Positions 57,429 to 64,000 of a stretch of DNA of 64,000 nt are shown piece after piece. Under the pieces are notes generated by a model. That model did no database searches. It was not told the origin of the DNA and saw nothing but the letters and a program-made list of their open reading frames with translations. The stretch is from assembly GCA_045159875.1 (NCBI GenBank), contig CP067995.1, forward strand, positions 2,592,001 to 2,656,000, in the 5' to 3' direction. How positions within the stretch are numbered: the first letter of the stretch is position 1; every line of letters starts with the position of its first letter. The stretch comes from a cyanobacterium endosymbiont of Rhopalodia gibba. Lineage in GTDB: Bacteria > Cyanobacteriota > Cyanobacteriia > Cyanobacteriales > Microcystaceae. The position numbers and the translations under genes were made by a program.

Positions 57429-57638
57429 ATGACATCAACTCCTCTTGAGACTCTTCTTGACAGCCATCCCCTTCTTAAGATTGAAAAATAGCTCGCTGAA
57501 ATTAGCCTAGATATCGGATAATTAGCAGTCTGCTATCCTAATCCTAAAGCAGGAACCATAGATGAAGAGATTACACGGGTTATTAAATACCCTCTAAGTC
57601 GCTAGGGGTTTGAATCGGCCATTTATTTAAATTCTTTA
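57429..57638 (+). pseudogene. DUF3143 family pseudogene
   Basis: MTSTPLETLLDSHPLLKIEK*LAE[deletion]ISLDIG*LAVCY...IKYPLSR*GFESAI vs consensus TPLYNHPLPxIExWL...FKYSLSRxDIExA. Confidence 0.8.
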
Positions 57639-57762
57639 GTGATCTTTTTTTGGGAAACGAGACGAAGTGACTCATTTACTAATAAAATAAGAACAAGGGG
57701 CTTGCTGTCCTTCCGAGAACTGCAAGCCGTGGTTTGATTTTGTTACCTTGATTGAAGTAGTA

Positions 57763-57801
57763 AGCGTTGTTTAGTTTAGCCTCTAAACGACGCTATTTTT
57801 T
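57763..57801. terminator. Hairpin between convergent genes
   Basis: agcgttgtttag-8 nt-ctaaacgacgct followed by atttttt. Confidence 0.6.
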
Positions 57802-57843
57802 ATTCGCTTAAGTCTAGGGGAACTGGATGGACTAACATTAATT

Positions 57844-58227
57844 TTATTCCTCATAATCATCAAGTTCACCAAGTTGTCTGAGATGAATGTGCTTTCGCCC
57901 TAGGGTAATTTCGAATTCGTCCCCTGGTTGTAAACCCATTTTCTTGGTGTAAGCTGAACCAATCAAAAGGTTACCATTAGATTGCACACTAATTCTATAA
58001 CTAGCTGAACGTCCGCCTCTTCCCTGCCCTTCTGAAGAGCTATCTAATTCAATTCCTTCCGCGTCAATTAAGGCGTTAAGAAATTTCATCATGTTGACTC
58101 GTTCTATACCATTTTTAGTTTGGGTATAGTAGCCACAAGCTCTAGCTTTTTCTTCTTTACCGAGGTTACCTAGCTCTTTAACTTTTTCGACTAATGCTGT
58201 ACCGGTCAGGGGTGTATCTTGACTCAT
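57844..58227 (-). CDS. Cyanobacterial AbrB-like regulator (cyAbrB2/Sll0822 type)
   Basis: KEEKARACGYY..KNGIERVNMMKFLNALIDAEGI..GGRSASYRISVQSNGNLLIGSAYT. Confidence 0.93.
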   Translation of the reverse strand: MSQDTPLTGTALVEKVKELGNLGKEEKARACGYYTQTKNGIERVNMMKFLNALIDAEGIELDSSSEGQGRGGRSASYRISVQSNGNLLIGSAYTKKMGLQPGDEFEITLGRKHIHLRQLGELDDYEE

Positions 58228-58541
58228 TAACTTAAACAGTAACTAAATGAATAATATGGTTGATAGATTAGAAATCTAAGATGACATCGAGAAACTCAAA
58301 AAGTGCCACGATTACTAACTATCTCCCCTTCCATTTTACACACAACAAGTAAACTTTATCTACCATCTGACCAGATCAATAATAATCTATTACTCTCGCT
58401 CTTTAAACAAGAATCATCTACAGAATTTACAAATATTTGAGTCTCAGGGTTTTTGTTGAGAAAAACGTGTTATAAAATCAACAACATACCCTTTAACAGT
58501 GCCTTATAGTCTACTTAAAACTAAAGGAACAAACTAAGCAA

Positions 58542-58985
58542 ATGAAGTTAACAACTCGCAGTCATTATAGCGTTAAAGCCTTGCTGGATCTTAGCTTACA
58601 GCCTAACTATGGTCCAACTTCAGTAAAAGCGATAGCAAGACGACAAGATTTACCAGCTCCTTACTTAGAAAAATTACTGATTGAAATGCGTCATTCTGGG
58701 TTAGTTAAGTCAGTGCGTGGTTCTCAAGGAGGCTATCAATTAGCGTGTCAACCTAGTCAAATTTCCCTAGGACAAATTCTGGATGCAGTTGAAGAAAAAA
58801 ACCAACCTTTGTCAGGTTATCAGCCTGATCTTACTCAAGGATCAGATTGGGTTGCATTTAGTTTATGGAAGCGGCTTCATGAGAAACTTAAAGAGGCACT
58901 TTACAAGATTACTCTTGCTGATCTTTATTATGATGCTCGCAGTTGGCAGGCCTCTCAAGGAGAAGCCACAAGTTTTGTAGTGTAA
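58542..58985 (+). CDS. Rrf2-family regulator without the Cys triad (Slr0846-like)
   Basis: MKLTTRSHYSVKALLDL, YLEKLL, SVRGSQGGYQLA, tail LADLYYDARSWQA. Confidence 0.92.
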   Translation: MKLTTRSHYSVKALLDLSLQPNYGPTSVKAIARRQDLPAPYLEKLLIEMRHSGLVKSVRGSQGGYQLACQPSQISLGQILDAVEEKNQPLSGYQPDLTQGSDWVAFSLWKRLHEKLKEALYKITLADLYYDARSWQASQGEATSFVV

Positions 58986-59245
58986 GAGATTAATATTTAA
59001 TATTTAAAAATTAATTGAGTCACTATAAAACTTGCTGTAATTTTTATGTGTTTAGCTTACGTATCGCCGTTAAATAGCATTTGACTATTAATTAGGATTG
59101 CTCAATTTATTACAAACAAAGTTTCTTGATTAATTGAAAAGTTTTAAACAGTTTAATGAGGATAATTGAGCAAGAAATGTAAATAAAATTAGAAACTTTA
59201 ATAACCTCACCTAAAAAATAGTTTAAGCTAGAAAATGATCAGATT

Positions 59246-60232
59246 ATGAAGACAAATCTAGAAGCAATTATTTTAGGAATAGCGGCCATAATTGATTATG
59301 GAATAGGCGACCCTGAAGAGTGGTGGCATCCCGTACAAGGGATAGGATGTGCTATCTCAAGGTTAAGTAACGTTGCAATCATCACTTCTCAAAGAAAATG
59401 GCAACGTCACTGGTGGGGAATTATCCTAGGGTTAGGGATAATTCTTGGTAGTGGAACTACTAGTTGGATAATCATTTATCTGGCTAAAAATATTCATTTC
59501 TTGTTAGGAATTGTAGTCCAAAGCATTCTCTTAGCAAGTTGTTTTGCAGCCCGAAGTTTATGGTTTGCAGCCGAAGCAGTTCTTTCTTCTTTAGTCAAAG
59601 GAAATATTGTAGTTGCGCGGGCTCAACTTAGTCAATATGTAGGAAGGAATACAGATAATCTCTCGGAAGAAGAAATCTTACGCGCTATCCTAGAAATGGT
59701 CTCAGAAAATGCTGTCGATGGGGTAACAAGCCCGTTATTTTATGCAATCGTTGGGGCATTTTTTCCAGGAATTGGGTTGGTCCCTTTTGCATTCGGTTAT
59801 AAAGCGGTGAGCACCCTTGATTCAATGATTGGTTATCAAAAAGATCCTTTTAAAGATTTAGGCTGGTTTAGTGCAAAGTTGGAGGATTATTTAACTTGGT
59901 TGCCCTGTCGTTTGACCGTATTAACCTTAGCCTTAATATCAGGAAAACCCCTAGCTGTTTTATCAATCTGTCGTCGGGATGCTCCCCATGATCCCAGTCC
60001 AAATTCAGGTTGGAGTGAATGTGTTTACGCAGCTATTTTAGGAGTTCAATTAGGGGGTACCAATACTTACCAAAGCGAATTAAAACACAAGCCGTTATTA
60101 GGAGATTTCCTACATCCAATTACCCCAACAATTATCTATCAAGCTTTACAATTAACTCAGATTTGTTTTCTTTTATGGTTGGGATTAGGGATAGTGGGTT
60201 TATTTTGCCTGACAAATTCAACATTCTCTTGA
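59246..60232 (+). CDS. cbiB: Adenosylcobinamide-phosphate synthase
   Basis: IGDP..WHPV, VGRNT, SENAVDGVTSPLFY, YKAVSTLDSMIGY, SPNSGWSE. Confidence 0.94.
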   Translation: MKTNLEAIILGIAAIIDYGIGDPEEWWHPVQGIGCAISRLSNVAIITSQRKWQRHWWGIILGLGIILGSGTTSWIIIYLAKNIHFLLGIVVQSILLASCFAARSLWFAAEAVLSSLVKGNIVVARAQLSQYVGRNTDNLSEEEILRAILEMVSENAVDGVTSPLFYAIVGAFFPGIGLVPFAFGYKAVSTLDSMIGYQKDPFKDLGWFSAKLEDYLTWLPCRLTVLTLALISGKPLAVLSICRRDAPHDPSPNSGWSECVYAAILGVQLGGTNTYQSELKHKPLLGDFLHPITPTIIYQALQLTQICFLLWLGLGIVGLFCLTNSTFS

Positions 60233-60311
60233 CCTTACTACAAACTTCTATTTCTAAATCGTTGATTCTCTGTTTTATAAGGTTAACTTGGTTATCCCTA
60301 CTATCTTTTGT

Positions 60312-61376
60312 TCAACTTGATTGCACTTCAGCCAAAGCCTTTATTAATCGTTGGTTCTCAGCATCGGTTCTCACTGCTACGCGAAAATAGCTGTCGCCTA
60401 ATCCAGGGAAATTTAGACAATCACGGATAAAGATCTGATGTTTTTTTAATAATTTCTGTTGTAGCTGGGAACTAGGAACTTGGGTTTTCACTAACAAAAA
60501 ATTAGCGGCACTGGGGAACGGTTGTAATCCCTTAAGGTTTGATAATCCTTTCAATAATCCTTTTTTGCTAGCAACTAACCAAGACCAAGTTTGCTGTTGA
60601 AACTCGTGATCATTGATTACTGCCTCTCCCACGGCTACCGCTAGGCTATTAACAGACCAAGGATCTCGCCACAATTGCCATTGTTGGAGACGATGAGGAT
60701 GGGCAATTGCGTATCCTAATCGGAGCCCAGGAATACTATAAAATTTGGTGAGTGATCGTATAATCACCAAATTTGGATAATCGCCCACTATCGGAATTAA
60801 GCTTTGTTGCTCATGAGGGGGTAAAAAGTCCATAAAGGCCTCATCAACTACCACTAAAGCAAATTTTTCAAGTAAGGGTAATAAAATATCCCGATGAAAC
60901 AACTTCCCTGTGGGATTATGAGGATTGTTGATGATCACTCCGCTCGATTGCGGATCAACAGGAGCTAAGTTCAGGGAACAAGTTTTTCTTTCCCAAGAGA
61001 AGGGGCAAGACTTTACCTTAGCACCAAATCCTTGTAGAGCGCGCCAATAGTCCCAAAACCCAGGAACCATTAAGTAAGTGAGCTTTAGATTAGCTAATTC
61101 CCGACCTGCCCAGGTCAATAGTTCGGATGCTCCATTACCGGGAATAATCCAATCAGGTGAGATGTTATGTAATTGTCCTAAGGCTAATCGCAATCGAAGA
61201 TAATGGGGATCAGGATAATGAGTAACAGAGGTTATTCCTTGCTGAAAAGCGGTGATCGCACTGTTAGGAGGTCCCAAAGGATTAATACTAGCAGAAAAAT
61301 CTATAATAGAAGTGACTGGACAGCCTGCTTGATTCGCTGCCCAGGTTAAGTTTCCTCCATGGATAGGCCGTTTCAT
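60312..61376 (-). CDS. cobD: L-threonine-O-3-phosphate decarboxylase
   Basis: HGGN..DFSASINPLGP, GNGASEL, NNPHNPTG, VDEAFMDF, RSLTKFYSIPGLRLGY. Start placed at ATG 61376. Confidence 0.93.
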   Translation of the reverse strand: MKRPIHGGNLTWAANQAGCPVTSIIDFSASINPLGPPNSAITAFQQGITSVTHYPDPHYLRLRLALGQLHNISPDWIIPGNGASELLTWAGRELANLKLTYLMVPGFWDYWRALQGFGAKVKSCPFSWERKTCSLNLAPVDPQSSGVIINNPHNPTGKLFHRDILLPLLEKFALVVVDEAFMDFLPPHEQQSLIPIVGDYPNLVIIRSLTKFYSIPGLRLGYAIAHPHRLQQWQLWRDPWSVNSLAVAVGEAVINDHEFQQQTWSWLVASKKGLLKGLSNLKGLQPFPSAANFLLVKTQVPSSQLQQKLLKKHQIFIRDCLNFPGLGDSYFRVAVRTDAENQRLIKALAEVQSS

Positions 61377-61392
61377 ATTAACGGAATAACAC

Positions 61393-61674
61393 TTATGACT
61401 TGGGTGCAACTTTTTCCTTAAATAGTTTCCCCGCAGAAAATGCCGGAACCCTTGTCGCAGGAATTAACATTTTTTCGTTCGTTTTTGGGTTACGTCCTTC
61501 ACGAGCTTTGCGATCGCGTGCCTCAAAAGAGCCAAAACCAACAAGAGTAACTTTATCGTCTCCGGAGACTGCTTCCATGATGGTGTCAATGGTAGCCGAA
61601 ATAACTGCTTCAGCCTGCTTTTTGGTGACATCGGCTCTATATGCTACTGCGTCAATCAATTCGCCTTTATTCAT
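61393..61674 (-). CDS. hup: DNA-binding protein HU
   Basis: MNKGELIDAVA..VTLVGFGSFE.R.RKAREGRNPKT..IPA..VPAFSAGK. 'gggaga' SD upstream of ATG 61674. Confidence 0.97.
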   Translation of the reverse strand: MNKGELIDAVAYRADVTKKQAEAVISATIDTIMEAVSGDDKVTLVGFGSFEARDRKAREGRNPKTNEKMLIPATRVPAFSAGKLFKEKVAPKS

Positions 61675-63029
61675 ACGAGAATCTCCCTTTGTTCTTAATT
61701 TAATGGTTTTTAGGATAAATTTCTCCAGGGACATCTTGCCATAGGAAATTTTTCTAAGGAGCCAATTAGAGAAATGTTAGTTTGGGGAAATTCCCCAAAT
61801 CCTCATAGGCTAGATGTTTCACTGCATTATTCTAAGCCCTATTTGTCTTCTTTGGGATAGCTTAAACCTTTAATTTCTGTAGATTTTGTCGACTTTTTTG
61901 GAAATTTGTTCCCTAAACTTGTCCATTGTGTCTTAAAATATTTAAGAGAAAACTAGCAATAACGGAGTGAAAGCTTAAATAATTAAAATGTAGACGAATA
62001 TAAATTGAGAAAATTAAAACTAAATAGATTTTAAGTAAGTAGCTTTTAATTAAAATTAACAAATAGATTACTTTATATCTCTATATTAAAGTAATTAAAG
62101 TTAAATCCATATTGCTGAAAATTATATTTTATTTAACATAAATTTTAAACAAGGACTTACTTAATTAAGTAGCTAGATTATATTTTTAGACAAATATAAT
62201 TTTAGTAATTTTATGAAGTTTGTTTTGTAGAATTTTTTTTTATTAAATTTATTCCTAGACTCTAGGTTAAAGTAAAACTACTTTTACTTAGTAACTGTTA
62301 AGAATAATTGCCTTATTTGTCACTTTACCTTTGCAGTATTTTTTGGTTTGTCTACTTTTTCTTGTTTTCTTTAGAAAATGGCTCGGTTTATATATTTAAC
62401 TCTTTTTTAAAACTTCAGTAATTGTAGGAAAATATAATTTTAACACCGCTAAACTTATAAGAATATATATAATAAATTTGATAAAATCATAATTGCTTAA
62501 TTTTTTTTATGAGAGCTCTTCAAAATTTTTTGTTTTTTATTCTTTACCAAGTTTTTTTCTCCCACTTTTCAAGTAATTCTATAATTCTTATCTTCCTCAA
62601 ATAATCTATTTAAGAATTATTTTTATAAATACATTCCCTGATAGTCTGAGCTAATCTATAATTTCTTTAATTTTCCATTATCTTGGATTCAAACATGATA
62701 CTTTTACTTTTGTTTTCGTCTTGTAAAAAATTTTTTAGGTGTGAATAAAATTTGATAATTTTCGTTCTTCTAAATAACTTGAGATAGATTTTTAGGCAGT
62801 CTGCCATACAATAATTAATGAGCGCTCTTTTTTGAATATAATTATTTATATTTAAAATTTAGTGATAGGATTATCGTCAAACTGTTTGAGAAATTTAGGG
62901 TAATCACCAGAAGTTGATGAAAGACTGGACTTTTGAATAATGAATAAAAGCTTAAACTGTACCGTATCTACATAAAAACGAATTATCAGGAACAGTTATG
63001 ATAGACGACGATGAGGGTAGCAATGTATA

Positions 63030-63232
63030 TAAAGAACACATAGAGGAATAGAGGACTGAGCCTTCTTATCTCGGAACAGACATCGTCCTAGAAAATATAA
63101 TGGTGACGGGTCGGTCAGGTATAAAGGGTAACAGTAAAGTCAAATGACTGAAACCCTTGTCTAGTCAAAAGGGGTTAGAAGAGACAATCTCCGGCGTTTA
63201 TAGCGTAAGCACGGAAGGTGAGCGGGTCAAAA
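63030..63232 (+). mobile_element. Possible IS200/IS605 (tnpB 3' end and right end) relic
   Basis: GC-richer island reading '..GTDIVLENIMVTGRSGIKGNSKVK*LKPLSSQKGLEETISG', loosely like DRDxxAAxNI plus tail. Ends 'aatctccggcgtttatagcgtaagcacggaaggtgagcgggtcaa', with a degenerate hairpin and TCAA. Confidence 0.4.
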
Positions 63233-63250
63233 GCTTAGATTTTAATTACA

Positions 63251-63877
63251 ATGATTTCCATGGCTAATCAAACGGATCTTTCTCCAGAACAATATCAGCA
63301 AAAAATGCAGCGACGTAAGAAGGCACAAGCACAACGTCTGGCCCAAGCGTCTAATGAAAAAGGACTTGTTATCGTTAATACTGGTAATGGGAAAGGAAAA
63401 ACGACAGCCGCTTTGGGGATGGTTATAAGAGCCCTTGGACATGGATTTCGAGTGGCTATCGTCCAATTTATTAAAGGAGCTTGGGAACCTGGAGAAAAAG
63501 AGGTACTAAGTCGGTGGGGGGACCAACTGGAATTTTATGCTATGGGGGAAGGATTTACATGGGAAACCCAGGATCAAGAACGAGATATTGAAAATGTCCA
63601 AGTTGCCTGGGAAAAAGGGTTGTCTTTTATTTGTAACAAAAAGTATCGATTAGTGTTACTCGATGAAATTAATGTTGCCTTAAAATTGGGCTATCTCGAT
63701 GTAGATACGGTTTTAAAAGGATTGTCCCAAAAACCGTTCATTACTCACGTCATATTGACAGGACGCGGTGCACTCCCCTCCTTAATAGAAAGGGCGGACT
63801 TAGTGACGGAAATGACCCTAATTAAGCATCCTTTTAAAGAACAAGGGGTGAGAGCTCAAGCAGGGATTGAATTTTAG
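63251..63877 (+). CDS. cobO: Cob(I)yrinic acid a,c-diamide adenosyltransferase (CobO/BtuR)
   Basis: TGNGKGKTTAALG, VQFIKG, GEGFTW, LLDEIN, LTGR, KHPF..G.RAQAGIEF. Confidence 0.96.
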   Translation: MISMANQTDLSPEQYQQKMQRRKKAQAQRLAQASNEKGLVIVNTGNGKGKTTAALGMVIRALGHGFRVAIVQFIKGAWEPGEKEVLSRWGDQLEFYAMGEGFTWETQDQERDIENVQVAWEKGLSFICNKKYRLVLLDEINVALKLGYLDVDTVLKGLSQKPFITHVILTGRGALPSLIERADLVTEMTLIKHPFKEQGVRAQAGIEF

Positions 63878-64000
63878 TCAATTTGAAGATAAACAAGCAT
63901 CCAGGATGCGTTGGTCGTTGTCACTGAGATCACCAAGACGATGGTATCCTTCTAACGTGACTTCTGAAGATCGTTTACTGTTGGTAGCTACTGGAGAGAC
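63878..64000 (-). CDS. 3' end of an unidentified gene entering from the right edge
   Basis: Open frame VSPVATNSKRSSEVTLEGYHRLGDLSDNDQRILDACLSSN*. Its stop abuts the cobO stop. Confidence 0.5.
   Translation of the reverse strand, partial: VSPVATNSKRSSEVTLEGYHRLGDLSDNDQRILDACLSSN

Noticed and set aside
62900..63250. Cobalamin riboswitch upstream of cobO
   Set aside because: No GGGAA..GGTG core, CCCGCxACTGT or B12 box (AGxCAGxAxACCTGCC) seen.
9989..63466. Track ORFs overlapping real genes (e.g. 9989-10243, 18770-19018, 19484-19666, 31745-32032, 32293-32493, 33229-33450, 35498-35683, 41759-41956, 47779-47988, 49465-49647, 50352-50958, 55305-55487, 58783-58980, 60019-60390, 61400-61744, 63242-63466)
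   Set aside because: Antisense or alternate-frame shadows with no recognisable motifs.

Overview
AT-rich cyanobacterial chromosome segment in active reductive evolution. About 33 intact CDSs cover only ~48% of the window (summed by hand). The rest is pseudogenes and very AT-rich eroded DNA. Intact genes: trpF, leuD, queG, lepB, pyrC, stpA/ggpP, ppc, dnaX, prfB (+1 frameshift), rpmB, manC, HU, cyAbrB2, an Rrf2 regulator, the cobalamin genes cbiB, cobD and cobO, and several envelope and membrane enzymes. Inactivated genes: psaK, chlB, pucC-like BCD transporter, PSI accumulation factor, a motif-less HLIP, sigF, terD, hicA, cyanoexosortase A and its partner, DUF3143, a HAD hydrolase and a pentapeptide-repeat protein. 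Loss of PSI and chlorophyll genes with Leu/Trp/B12 synthesis kept suggests a non-photosynthetic endosymbiont such as the spheroid body (diazoplast) of rhopalodiacean diatoms; this is inference, not a database match. Most notable: (1) many long, mutually unrelated, perfect inverted repeats in decaying DNA, with one paralog pair showing that a 42-bp palindrome probably arose secondarily; (2) a dnaX whose conserved C-terminal motif lies in the -1 frame behind an A9 tract; (3) an out-of-frame duplicate of the manC 5' end whose first 13 codons differ only synonymously. No rRNA, tRNA or CRISPR array was seen. All family calls are by eye.
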